Shown: positions 50,190 to 59,941, numbered from the stretch's first letter. The stretch: DNA of 64,000 nt from Haloplanus sp. (GCA_042216635.1 JBDGTR010000017.1:1615-65614); one strand, 5' to 3'. Program-made: numbers and translations. Notes: generated by a model from the sequence alone, not told the origin.

Positions 50190-50453
50190 CTACCGCGCGT
50201 CCTCGAACACCCCCGGGAGGATGAATGCGAGGGCCATGATGAGGACTGCACCAGCGATCAACAGGAGCGGGCCGAACTGCGGGTCGACGCCCACTGCCTG
50301 AGCGACGCCGACGGCGATCGATTTCGTTTCGGATTCGATCCCGTCTCCGGCGACGCCGGTCGCACCGACGCCGATGCCGGCCGTAATGGCGGCTGGCGGG
50401 GTGCCTGCCTTCAACGCTCGGGCCGGCCGGCTAGCGGGGGACTGTCCTGCCAT
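50190..50453 (-). CDS. small membrane protein
   Basis: 87 aa with C-terminal TM; CTTATT box and palindrome upstream. Confidence 0.6.
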   Translation of the reverse strand: MAGQSPASRPARALKAGTPPAAITAGIGVGATGVAGDGIESETKSIAVGVAQAVGVDPQFGPLLLIAGAVLIMALAFILPGVFEDAR

Positions 50454-50494
50454 GTCGGCTCCGACACCAGCGAGTGGAATAAGCGACCCCGCCC

Positions 50495-50513
50495 CGTTTC
50501 TCCACCTGAAACA
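50495..50513. promoter_or_regulatory. YGTTTC-N7-GAAACR palindrome, site 1
   Basis: cGTTTC-TCCACCT-GAAACa, 12 bp upstream of the TATA-like box at 50478-50483. Confidence 0.75.
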
Positions 50514-50735
50514 CGGTCCAGAGAGTTGAGGGCGTTCGACCGAATCGAGAAGAACAGGAACACACTCTGGAGAACCGAGAGACGACACGTCATCCACCCG
50601 GAAGACTTCGTGTGGACATGCGTGCGTCGACAGCGACAGCGCCCGCCAAGTCGATTGCGTTGACACCCTATCGATAGCAGCGCCGAGCGGGTCAAGCATT
50701 CCTGTCGCGACCGCGCCATTCGGGTTCGTCCAGTC

Positions 50736-51392
50736 CTACGCGTGTTCTTCGTACGGTTGGACGACGACGTAGCCGGTGTCGCCGCCGAAGTTCATCTGGA
50801 ACCGTTCGCCGGACTCCTGGCCGATCATGTCCGAGAGATTCTTGTTGACCTGCACGTTCGGCGAGGTTCCGCTCCAGGCGACCGTCGCGCTCGGATCGGT
50901 CGAGACCGGCGGTTCGAGGACGACGGGATCGGCGTGTGTCGTGATGGCGACGTACCCCGGGCCCTCGAGGAACACGTTCGTGAATCCGCCGGCGAAGGCT
51001 CCGGCGAGCGTGTCCATCGAGGAGATCTCGTACGAGACGTCGGAGTCGAGAGCGAGGACGTCCTCTCCGTTGACGGTGATGGAGTCGCCGGCGTCGAGTT
51101 CGAGGAGTTGGACTTTCTTCTTGCTGTCCGCGAGATAGACGTGCCCCTGTCCTTCGACGGACATGACCGGCGTCCCCTCGCCGGTCGCGGCCTGCTTGAG
51201 GAACCCAGTGATCCCGCCCTCGGCGGACGCTCTCCCGGTGAACGACAGCTCGCCCGTGTACGCGATCATCGACCCGGCTTTCGCCAGGACGGATCCGTCG
51301 ACGGCGACGTCGAGCGTGTAGCTGTTCTCTAGCTGGAACGGTGCGTCGGTATCCGCTGTGACGTCGTCGGCGGCGAAGTGCTCGATGTTCAT
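50736..51392 (-). CDS. AIM24 (DUF124) family protein
   Basis: AKAGSMIAY.G...ATGEG..M..EGQG.VYLAD...GFTNVFLEGPGYVAITTH...VVQPYEE. Confidence 0.9.
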   Translation of the reverse strand: MNIEHFAADDVTADTDAPFQLENSYTLDVAVDGSVLAKAGSMIAYTGELSFTGRASAEGGITGFLKQAATGEGTPVMSVEGQGHVYLADSKKKVQLLELDAGDSITVNGEDVLALDSDVSYEISSMDTLAGAFAGGFTNVFLEGPGYVAITTHADPVVLEPPVSTDPSATVAWSGTSPNVQVNKNLSDMIGQESGERFQMNFGGDTGYVVVQPYEEHA

Positions 51393-51459
51393 GGATACGA
51401 AGCCGGGTTACGCGGCTTCGTCGGTGAGTCCGGGCGAGAGGGTGTTAATTGGGACTGTC

Positions 51460-51478
51460 TGTTTCCGAGCCAGAATCG
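51460..51478. promoter_or_regulatory. YGTTTC-N7-GAAACR palindrome, site 2 (divergent AIM24/kinase promoter)
   Basis: tGTTTC-CGAGCCA-GAATCg; TTAATT 10 bp to the left and TATA 12 bp to the right. Confidence 0.7.
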
Positions 51479-51615
51479 CCAAGTAACACTATACGTATCT
51501 CCGGACCAACGATGGCGTATGCGCGGGTATCGAACCGATCTCCCCCCGCGGTGCAACCAGCGACCACCGGGCCGGGAAACCGCCGTCAGGAACGTCGTGG
51601 GGGCGTAGGACGCCG

Positions 51616-52713
51616 ATGACAGAGGAGCACCGCGGTGCGATCCCGTTCGCCGACTTCCCGGACCCGGTCGTCGCCTACACCGTCGTGGAGGGAGAGCCTC
51701 GTCTCACAGCGCTAAACGGCGCCTTCGAGTCGGCGTTCGATGGTCCATCGGCCGGGACGCCGGTTGCGATCCTCTTCGAGCAGTTTAGCGTCGTCACCAC
51801 GACCGGCGGTGAGGAGCCGCTCACCCATCTCAGTCGCGGCGACTGCGTCGGCATCTATCTCGACGACGTCGACGAGAACGGTCCGTTCTTCGCTCGAGTG
51901 GTCCCGTCAGGGGGGGATTCTGGATTCCTCGTCTTCTCAGATCTGAGTGAGTGTCGCGATATTGCGGAAGCCCCTGCCATCGACGAAGTTAGCAGCGTGA
52001 TCAGCCACGACCTCCGGAATCCACTCGACGTCGCCAAAGCGCACCTCAGGGCAGCGCGAGAGACAGGAGATGCCCAGCATTTCGATGCAGTGGCAGACGC
52101 GCACGATCGGATGGAACAGATCATCCGCGACGTCCTCACCATCACGCGTGAACAGACCGCCGTGGAGCCATCGGACGACGTCTCGATCGAAGCCGCCGCG
52201 AGGGACGCGTGGCGGTCCGTCGATACCGCACACGCCACGCTCGACGTGACTGACCACCTCCCAACCGCCACAGCCGACGCTGACCGCCTTCAAAGACTGT
52301 TCGAGAATCTATTCCGTAACAGCGTGGAACATGGTTCCACGAGCAACCGGACTGCGTCCGGTGACAGCGTCGAGCACAACTCGACGGGCAGCCGGGCGGT
52401 ATCCGACACCGGCGTCGAACGCGGGTCAGACGTCGACGACCGAAGTACGGACCGAGAACGAGAGAAGAGTGCAGGACCCGGAACGAACATCACCGTTGGT
52501 GCGTTAGAAGACGGGTTCTACGTCGCCGATGACGGCCCAGGGATTCCACCGGACGAACGGGACCGGGTTTTCGAACCGGGCTTCTCGACCCGGGACGACG
52601 GCACTGGACTGGGGCTTGCAATCGTCGACCGGATCGTCGCTGCCCACGGCTGGGAGTTGACGCTTACGACGTCCACGAACGGCGGTGCTCGATTCGAGAT
52701 CCGAAGCTTATGA
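51616..52713 (+). CDS. soluble sensor histidine kinase
   Basis: SHDLRNPL, ENLFRNSVEH, DDGPGI and GTGLGL; no TM. Confidence 0.92.
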   Translation: MTEEHRGAIPFADFPDPVVAYTVVEGEPRLTALNGAFESAFDGPSAGTPVAILFEQFSVVTTTGGEEPLTHLSRGDCVGIYLDDVDENGPFFARVVPSGGDSGFLVFSDLSECRDIAEAPAIDEVSSVISHDLRNPLDVAKAHLRAARETGDAQHFDAVADAHDRMEQIIRDVLTITREQTAVEPSDDVSIEAAARDAWRSVDTAHATLDVTDHLPTATADADRLQRLFENLFRNSVEHGSTSNRTASGDSVEHNSTGSRAVSDTGVERGSDVDDRSTDREREKSAGPGTNITVGALEDGFYVADDGPGIPPDERDRVFEPGFSTRDDGTGLGLAIVDRIVAAHGWELTLTTSTNGGARFEIRSL

Positions 52714-52749
52714 CGAGCCCTGCCGAGAGCACCAGTAGAGCATTACCGG

Positions 52750-54306
52750 ATGAACACGGTGCTAGTAGCTATGGATGACCGGCTTCAGCGTGCTCCCGTC
52801 GGCGTCCTCACTGTCTCCCCGGACGGAACTGTGATCGGTATCAACGAAGTAGCTCGGTCGCTCATTCGGTCGACGGATGACGTCGTCGGGGCCGCTCTAT
52901 CGGAGGTTTTCCCCCGTTCCGTCGAGAATTCGCTTTTGACCGCGTTTGAAGGTGATTCGGTTACGGAGACCGCGTTTGAGGAGTACTACCCCGATCTGGA
53001 ACGGTGGCTCGATGTCTCTGTCGCAGCCACTGACGAGGGCGTCACGGTCTATCTCCAGGACGTGACGGAACGGAGACGCCACGAACAGTCCATCGAACGA
53101 CTGCGGACGGAGCGTGAGCGAACGGCCGTCCTCGAGGACGTGCTCTCGAAGATTCTCGCGGAACTCGTCGGTGCCACCTCTCGTGGGGAGATCGCTGAAA
53201 CGATCTGTCGCAGCCTCGGTGACACCGAGATCTACGACTTCGCGTGGATCGGCGAGCGCGAGATCGGGGGCGACGATCTCGTCGCCCACGCTGTGGGAGG
53301 CGATGCCGGACAGACGTTTACGGCGATCCGAGACGCACTCGACGACGAGACGGCGACCACCCTCGAAGAGCGTGCAGTCGAGAGCGGTCGTCTCCAGGCC
53401 GCGCAACCACTCGCAGAGACCCCGCGAGTGCCGGAGTCGGTTCGGACGGCGGGGTTCGCGGACGGCGTCCAATCGGGGCTGGCGATCCCCCTCGTGTACG
53501 GCTCGAACGTCCACGGGGTGGCCGGCGTCTACGCGGCCGGAACCGAAGCGTTCTCCGACCGAGAGCGGACGACCTTCGAGACGATCGGTGAAGTCGCTGG
53601 CTTCGTCGTCACCGCGGCCCGGAATCGGAATCTACTGCTCTCCGACACCGTCGCAGAACTCACGTTCGAGGTCGGAGAAGGCTCGGCCGTATCGCGGCTG
53701 AGCCGATCCCTCGATTCGACGGCGTCACTGGACGGCGTCGTCCCCCGTGGGGACGAGACGTTACTCTGCTTCGTCTCGATCGAGGGCGCCGACGTCACTG
53801 CGGTCGAAGACGCGACCGCTGGCATCGACGGCATCGTCGAGACCAGGCCCGTTCGGGAATCACCGTCGGGTGTGACTGTCGAACTCACGGTACGGGGATC
53901 GACACCCCTACTCGCCGTCTCCTCTCTCGGCGGGACCGTTCGAGACGCGACCTTCGAGAGCGGGACCGGCCACCTCGTCGTCGAGCTCCCGCCGGACGGC
54001 GACGTGCGGCGAATCGCAGACACCGTCAGTCGTGACTACGATATGGCGTTCGTTTCGAAGGAGGAACGGGAGCGATCGGTGACGACCGCTCGAGAGTTCC
54101 GGGACGCGCTACGCGACCGGTTGACCGAACGGCAACAGACCGTGCTTCGGACCGCGTACCTCGCCGATTACTTCGAGTCACCCCGGGGGAGCACCGCGGA
54201 AGAAGTCGCTGCCTCCCTCGACATCACCGGTTCGACGCTCCTCCATCACCTGCGAGCGGGCCAGCGAAAGCTGCTCGACGCGTATCTCGACGACGATTCG
54301 CCGTGA
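52750..54306 (+). CDS. bacterio-opsin activator-like regulator (PAS-GAF-HTH_10)
   Basis: N-terminal PAS, GAF (FAWIG...LAIPL.YG..HGV..VY) and C-terminal LTERQ..L..AY...YFESPR..TAEEVA..LDI...HHLR; start may be 52771. Confidence 0.92.
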   Translation: MNTVLVAMDDRLQRAPVGVLTVSPDGTVIGINEVARSLIRSTDDVVGAALSEVFPRSVENSLLTAFEGDSVTETAFEEYYPDLERWLDVSVAATDEGVTVYLQDVTERRRHEQSIERLRTERERTAVLEDVLSKILAELVGATSRGEIAETICRSLGDTEIYDFAWIGEREIGGDDLVAHAVGGDAGQTFTAIRDALDDETATTLEERAVESGRLQAAQPLAETPRVPESVRTAGFADGVQSGLAIPLVYGSNVHGVAGVYAAGTEAFSDRERTTFETIGEVAGFVVTAARNRNLLLSDTVAELTFEVGEGSAVSRLSRSLDSTASLDGVVPRGDETLLCFVSIEGADVTAVEDATAGIDGIVETRPVRESPSGVTVELTVRGSTPLLAVSSLGGTVRDATFESGTGHLVVELPPDGDVRRIADTVSRDYDMAFVSKEERERSVTTAREFRDALRDRLTERQQTVLRTAYLADYFESPRGSTAEEVAASLDITGSTLLHHLRAGQRKLLDAYLDDDSP

Positions 54307-54307
54307 C

Positions 54308-55156
54308 TCAGACGACGCCACCAGACCCGGGGAGTCCGTCGGGCGTCCCCGACCCGCCAGCTCCACCGTCGCCGAACTCGATCCCCCGGAAGTACGACGG
54401 CGCGTCGTCCTCGGTCGCGTAGAGGTAGAGCGCCGTCTTGGCGATGCCGGTGAGCGTCTGCCCGACCAGGACCGCGAGGAGAACGGAGACGATCAACACG
54501 AGGATGCCGAGCAGGCCCGCGCTCTCGGGGAGCAGCCACAGGACGAGTACCCCGGGGACGGCGCCGACGACTCCGAGCGCGATCGTGACGAGCGCGACGC
54601 CCCCCACGGCGCCCATCGACTCGCCCCACGTCTCGACGACGGCGTCTTTCGACCGCGAGAACATCTCGATCGCGCCGACGTCCTCGAACACGAGGACGGG
54701 AACGACGAAGAAGGTCATCACGGACCACGCGACGCTGAACGCCGCGGCCGCGATCTCAGAGAGCATCGAGTCGTTCCCCTCGAGAACCCGAATCACGACG
54801 CCGACGATCGCCGCGACGAGCGACCAGACCAGTAGCGGCCCGACGTTTCGCGCGGCCGCCCGGAGCCCGGCACCGATCCGGGGCGTCTCGCCCCGGAACG
54901 CCTGTCGGGAGCAGTACATCAACGCTGCCATGCTGAACGACGAGATGAACGTCGTCCCCACGTAGTAAACGAAGAGACCGACCAGCGTCATCGAGTCACT
55001 ACCCAGAGCGAACACGGACGCCCACAGTCCGCCAAGGAAGGCGAGACTCGCGATTCCCGCAATGATAGGGAAGACGGCGAGCTTCGGATGATCTCGGAGA
55101 GCTGCACCGCTTCGACGAGCGAGTGCGAACCCGGTTTTCAACCGTCGAAGGACCAT
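54308..55156 (-). CDS. DUF6159-like membrane protein
   Basis: RLKTGF.LARRS...HPKL..FP...WSVMTFFVVP...TWGE...KTALY.YA. Confidence 0.8.
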   Translation of the reverse strand: MVLRRLKTGFALARRSGAALRDHPKLAVFPIIAGIASLAFLGGLWASVFALGSDSMTLVGLFVYYVGTTFISSFSMAALMYCSRQAFRGETPRIGAGLRAAARNVGPLLVWSLVAAIVGVVIRVLEGNDSMLSEIAAAAFSVAWSVMTFFVVPVLVFEDVGAIEMFSRSKDAVVETWGESMGAVGGVALVTIALGVVGAVPGVLVLWLLPESAGLLGILVLIVSVLLAVLVGQTLTGIAKTALYLYATEDDAPSYFRGIEFGDGGAGGSGTPDGLPGSGGVV

Positions 55157-55197
55157 GTGACGGGGTTCGTCCCCGACGATGATATATCTCCAGCCCT

Positions 55198-55216
55198 CAT
55201 TTCGTGCTCAGAAACA
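55198..55216. promoter_or_regulatory. YGTTTC-N7-GAAACR palindrome, site 3
   Basis: cATTTC-GTGCTCA-GAAACa, 11 bp upstream of ATATAT (55182-55187). Confidence 0.7.
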
Positions 55217-55315
55217 CGCCCGTGGTTGAGTCACCGACCACCATCGACGTGACTGCATCCGGGCCTCTTCGACGACGGGCCCCGCGAGGGAGTACGGAGG
55301 CACCCCGATACGTCG

Positions 55316-55334
55316 TGCTTCTGGGAGGGAAACA
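55316..55334. promoter_or_regulatory. YGTTTC-N7-GAAACR palindrome, site 4
   Basis: tGCTTC-TGGGAGG-GAAACa, ~12 bp upstream of GATAAG and 42 bp from the ATG at 55375. Confidence 0.65.
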
Positions 55335-55374
55335 CCGGCTGGACGGATAAGTTACCTCAGATTCACGGTCGAGT

Positions 55375-55830
55375 ATGATCCTCTCGGAACTCGGTGTCGT
55401 TGCCGTGTTCGTACTCCTCGTTCTTCTGTTCTGGTCGCCGGTGTTAGCGTTCAAACGTCTCCGTGCGTTGTTTCGCTGGCCAACCAGGTGGCTCGCGGCG
55501 AATTACCTCCTCCTCGGCGGAGGGGTACTCCTGGCACAGTCCGTACTGTATCTCGTCACTATACTTCTCATCGCGGGGACGGGGACAGTCACCGGAAGCG
55601 ACGCCGTCGGTATCGTCGGCGGCGTACTTGCCGTCAATCTCCTCTTCCCCGGGGCAATCGCGTTCGCTGCCCTCCGAGTCCTGCCCGATCGCGGCTACTG
55701 GACACCTGACGGGGATGGAGTGAGCGGCCGCATCGAGCTCGGAATCGGCGTCATCTGGTATGCGATCGTCACCTCTGCTGGATTCGTGTTCCTCGGCCTC
55801 GTCCTCATGTTCGCCTACATGCCGATGTGA
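55375..55830 (+). CDS. 4-TM membrane protein
   Basis: Hydrophobic; FWSP..LFRWPT...NY pattern. Confidence 0.75.
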   Translation: MILSELGVVAVFVLLVLLFWSPVLAFKRLRALFRWPTRWLAANYLLLGGGVLLAQSVLYLVTILLIAGTGTVTGSDAVGIVGGVLAVNLLFPGAIAFAALRVLPDRGYWTPDGDGVSGRIELGIGVIWYAIVTSAGFVFLGLVLMFAYMPM

Positions 55831-55907
55831 CGTTTGTCTGATATAGACACTGCAGAGGGAAGCGTCGATACGATGGTTCGAAAACAGGTCGGGTGACTCT
55901 GGAGGAT

Positions 55908-56018
55908 TATAGTAGCGTTTGTAACTATCTGCACACCGGTCGGTCAGATCCGTCGGGAGCGGTCGTGACAGCCACCTGCAGTCGATGCCGGCCGCGAAGA
56001 ATTACAAACGCTACTATA
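55908..56018. mobile_element. 111-bp MITE-like element, copy 2 (inverted)
   Basis: Reverse complement of 37810-37920 with 2 mismatches. Confidence 0.85.
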
Positions 56019-56037
56019 GTTTCCGTGACGGTGATCG

Positions 56038-56616
56038 TCAGCCATCTTCGCGCTCTATCTGGTCGAACTGCTGGAGAAGCCTGTCGTCATCCAGCAGTCG
56101 CCGTGCTCGTCGTTCGAGGTGTTCCGCTCGCTCTGTATTCTCTACGTATCCGTCGTGTTTACTGCGCGTCTCCGAACTCAGTTCCGCCTCGAGCACCTCG
56201 CGTTTTGCTTCGGCGCTGAAGAACTCCCCGAGTGCTTCGTACGCAAGAATTAGTCGCTGCTGATCGACTACTGCTCGGACGTCTTCACGCTCAACGGGCT
56301 TACACAGATAGTCGTCGAACGGCATATCGAGGACATCGATCCCCGGATCGACCGCGGTCACCATGACGACCCGTCCGTAGAACCCACGCTCGTCGAGTTC
56401 CGACAGGACGTCGTCCCCGGACATCCCCGGCATGTGGCGATCGAGGAGGACGACGTCGATCGGCGAGTCCTCGACGACCGAGAGCGCCTCCTCACCGCCG
56501 TAAGCGGTCTCGACCTCGCAGTACCCCCGGAGTCGCAACGCGTACGCGTCCGCCACTTCCCGCTCGTCGTCCACGACAAGCACGCGCACATCCTCCACCC
56601 CGTCTGACTCGGACAT
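56038..56616 (-). CDS. response regulator with HalX domain
   Basis: VLVVDD, LLDRHMPGMSGD, VTAVDP and FDDYLCKP, then a HalX-type tail. Confidence 0.92.
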   Translation of the reverse strand: MSESDGVEDVRVLVVDDEREVADAYALRLRGYCEVETAYGGEEALSVVEDSPIDVVLLDRHMPGMSGDDVLSELDERGFYGRVVMVTAVDPGIDVLDMPFDDYLCKPVEREDVRAVVDQQRLILAYEALGEFFSAEAKREVLEAELSSETRSKHDGYVENTERAEHLERRARRLLDDDRLLQQFDQIEREDG

Positions 56617-56766
56617 CTCTCAGTAGCTACTCGGTCAGTCGTTACCGAATCCACATAACTAATGGGCTTCTCGTGGCACTGTATCTGCACTCCTAGACGT
56701 AATTCCAGGGTAGAGTCTGCATACCTAGCATCGGAATCCAGTAAGTGAGGGGTCATCCTCACCACT

Positions 56767-57126
56767 ATGTCCGCCCGTTCCTCGTCCCTCCGATCGAAGC
56801 GCGGAACTCAGACCGAACGCACCGAAGCCACCGACCTCACGACCGCCGAGCTACTCGACCTCTTCGGAGACGAGTACACCCGACGCGTCTACGACGCCGT
56901 CGCCGAGCAGCCGCGGAGCGGCCGTGACGTCTCCGAGACCGCTGACGTCTCTCGACCCACCGCGTACCGACGTCTCAACGACCTCCGTGACGCAGGCTTG
57001 GTCCGCGCAGAGATGACCATCTGTGGAGATGGTCACCACCGAGAACGGTTCGAAGCTGTCCCGACCTCTCTCTCCGTCTCGCTCGACGACGGTGGGATGG
57101 ACGCGGAGATTCACATCGCGGACTGA
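56767..57126 (+). CDS. ArsR-like wHTH regulator
   Basis: LLDLFGDEYTR...VSRPTAYRRLNDL..AGLV...DGHHR. Confidence 0.85.
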   Translation: MSARSSSLRSKRGTQTERTEATDLTTAELLDLFGDEYTRRVYDAVAEQPRSGRDVSETADVSRPTAYRRLNDLRDAGLVRAEMTICGDGHHRERFEAVPTSLSVSLDDGGMDAEIHIAD

Positions 57127-57321
57127 CCTGAAAGCGACCAACGCTTGCTTGGTCTCGTTAAATCCTCGTAGGAGATTGATATCAGCAGCCGTACTGAATA
57201 CAGAGCGCGAATCGGTCAAGCTATTAGACAGTGAATCAGACACCGACGCCACGAATCAGGAGATATCATCTCTCATTGCTGGTGGCGACATCACTACGTC
57301 ATAGTACCGCGATGCGAGTAT

Positions 57322-57930
57322 ATGGACGACGGGGTCGCGATTCCACGGAAGATCCCAGACGGGTTTCGGTGGCTCGACCAGAATTGGCCGTTCGCTGGGA
57401 CTGTGGTCGCTGCCGTTCTCACAGCACTCCTTCCAGTCCTCTGGCACACGTGGCCGCGGTGGTTGTTCGTCGTCTACGTCCTCCTCGTGTGCTACTGTGT
57501 TCACCAGATCGAAGAGCACTACGGTGATCGATTCCGGCGGTACGTGAACGCCCTCTCTGCGGGTGGGCAAGACGTGCTCACTCCGCGAGCGATTATGTGG
57601 GCTAACGTCGGTGGTGTCTGGGGTGTCTTTCTCCTCACCCTCCTCTGTGCTGGCCTCGTCGATCCGGGCTTCGGACTCGTCGCGGGATATACCACGCTCG
57701 TCAACGCCGCTGTTCATATCGTGATGGCGCTTGTGAGACGCGAGTCGAATCCCGGTCTCCTGACGGCTGTCGTCCTCTTCCTTCCGTTCGGTATTTGGGC
57801 ACTTACTGTGGTGAATAGAGCGAGTGGAATCGCCGTGTGGGGCCATCTGCTCGGGCTTGGGTCGGCCGTTCTCATTCATCTCGCCATCGTTGGGTTCGCG
57901 ATCATGCGTCGATCTGCTGGCCGAAGGTAG
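57322..57930 (+). CDS. HXXEE domain membrane protein
   Basis: HQIEEH, NAAVH and NPGLLTA motifs. Confidence 0.85.
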   Translation: MDDGVAIPRKIPDGFRWLDQNWPFAGTVVAAVLTALLPVLWHTWPRWLFVVYVLLVCYCVHQIEEHYGDRFRRYVNALSAGGQDVLTPRAIMWANVGGVWGVFLLTLLCAGLVDPGFGLVAGYTTLVNAAVHIVMALVRRESNPGLLTAVVLFLPFGIWALTVVNRASGIAVWGHLLGLGSAVLIHLAIVGFAIMRRSAGRR

Positions 57931-58036
57931 CCAGTGGTCATCGCCCGAAAGTAGCTCCGCAGGGTGTCATGATGGATACTCTCTTGATATTTAGCATGCC
58001 GGTTTTATACGCTGCTGAGAGTTTCGACAGAGCCGC

Positions 58037-58055
58037 TGTTTCCGGGCGAGAAACG
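58037..58055. promoter_or_regulatory. YGTTTC-N7-GAAACR palindrome, site 5
   Basis: tGTTTC-CGGGCGA-GAAACg, 13 bp upstream of TTATTAT (58068). Confidence 0.7.
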
Positions 58056-58291
58056 CAGCACTGGACGTTATTATCTGAGGGGGGTATGATTCACGTGCCC
58101 GTCTTACCCCGGACGGGACCCCACCCATCCCTCCCCACCCGCCCTGTCGGTACCCCCAACGCGTATCGGCCCTCCACTCGAAAACACCCCCCGTTCTCAC
58201 GATTCGGATCCTGATGATTCGATTCAGGGGATACAACCCATCATCGCGTTCATAACGCTGGACGAGAAAACCTCTCGAGAATCTTCGAACC

Positions 58292-59941
58292 ATGGGGCTT
58301 GGAGCCACTCTCGGTGCGCTCGCTCTCGACGCTGTGACGGCTGTCTTTCTGGGATGGACAGCGTGGACCGCGTTCAAGTCACGGGAACAGCCCAGCGCGG
58401 AGCCGTTTATCGCCCTCCTCTCTACGCTGACCCTCTGGGCGGTGTTTTCCTTCGGCGCAGAACTTCCAGGCCCGTCTGGAGGTCTCCTCTCGACGATATT
58501 CTCTCTGGGCCAGTGGGGTGCTGCGATATTCGTCCCGGGTATCTGGCTCGTGTACGCGCTCAGCTACACAGGTCGCGGGACTGGCTTGACCTGGAAACGA
58601 ATTGCGCTGCTCGCCGGAATCGGAGTCCCGGTACTCCTGAGTGGAATCGTCATCGCGATCGGACCGCTAAAACCAGTTGTCGACCGACTGCTCGCCTCGC
58701 TCCTTGGGACGGAACTCCTGTACCTGTTCGTGCTGTACCTGTATGCGACGTATCTCGTCCTTGATCTCGCGAGAAGTCACGCCAGGGTCTCGAAATCACA
58801 CGTTGCGATCCTCGTCGTCGGTGTCTCGGCACCCTACCTGAGTAGCGTGGTTGGAAACAATACTGCTCTCCCGAATAGTACGGCAATCGGCCTCCTCCTG
58901 TCCGGTGGGCTCCTCGCCGTTGCAGTGCGACGGTATCCGGTTATGACCGGGTTTCCGAAGGCCGATTACGTCGCGCGAACGCGCGTCGTCGAAACGCTAC
59001 AGGAGGCCGTTGTCGTCCTCGACTGGGACGACCACATTCTCGACGTCAATGATACGGCCACGGAAGTGTTCGACAGCTCGGGAACGGCGATGATCGGGAA
59101 ACCGATTCGATCAGTCGTCGACGGTCTCGGAGAGACGGATCTCCCCGTCGGCACCACGGGAACCGTTGGTCTGCAAACGTCGAAAGGGAGACGAACGTTC
59201 CAGTTCAGCGTCTCTGCGGTCACCAACTCTCCGACAGATGAAAGGGCCAATCCGGTTGCGAGGACGGTGCTCTTCCGAGACGTGACCGATCAACAAACTC
59301 GGGAACAACGCCTCACGGTTCTCAACCGGATTCTCCGACACAACGTCCGGAACGACCTGGACGTGGTACTCGCGTACGCTGACCACATCGACGACGAGGA
59401 GGTACGGTCGGGAATCCGAGAGAGCACGACCGACCTCCTGGATCTCAGCAAGAAAGCCAGGGAGGCCGAGGAGGTGATGACGGCGAGCACGAAGCCGCCG
59501 GAACCCGTCGACCTCTCAGCGGTCGCGAAGACGGTCATCGACCAATTCAGAGGGGACGATCGCCCTGCGGATCTCTCGCTCGACGGGCCGGACGAGCTAG
59601 TGATCACGTCACATCGATCCGTGATTCGGCAAGTACTCACCGAACTCGTCGACAACGCGATCACGCACACAGTCGATTGCACACCTCGAGTGCGGGTCAC
59701 GATTCGAGAGGGAGAAGCCGGGGCAGCCGAGATCGTTGTCAGGGATAACGGACCCGGCCTTCCCGAGCGGGAACGACAGCTGTTGGAGACCGGTACCGAG
59801 ACACAGCTCGAGCACGGGCGGGGGATCGGCCTGTGGTTCGTCAATTGGGCGATCGCCCAGTTGGGGGGTGACCTTCAACTCCAAGACAACGAGTGGGATG
59901 GGAGTATCGTCACGATCCGTCTCTACGACATCACACCGTAG
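58292..59941 (+). CDS. 7TM-PAS sensor histidine kinase
   Basis: ~7 N-terminal TM, PAS, VLNRILRHNVRN, DNGPG and GIGLW. Confidence 0.9.
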   Translation: MGLGATLGALALDAVTAVFLGWTAWTAFKSREQPSAEPFIALLSTLTLWAVFSFGAELPGPSGGLLSTIFSLGQWGAAIFVPGIWLVYALSYTGRGTGLTWKRIALLAGIGVPVLLSGIVIAIGPLKPVVDRLLASLLGTELLYLFVLYLYATYLVLDLARSHARVSKSHVAILVVGVSAPYLSSVVGNNTALPNSTAIGLLLSGGLLAVAVRRYPVMTGFPKADYVARTRVVETLQEAVVVLDWDDHILDVNDTATEVFDSSGTAMIGKPIRSVVDGLGETDLPVGTTGTVGLQTSKGRRTFQFSVSAVTNSPTDERANPVARTVLFRDVTDQQTREQRLTVLNRILRHNVRNDLDVVLAYADHIDDEEVRSGIRESTTDLLDLSKKAREAEEVMTASTKPPEPVDLSAVAKTVIDQFRGDDRPADLSLDGPDELVITSHRSVIRQVLTELVDNAITHTVDCTPRVRVTIREGEAGAAEIVVRDNGPGLPERERQLLETGTETQLEHGRGIGLWFVNWAIAQLGGDLQLQDNEWDGSIVTIRLYDITP

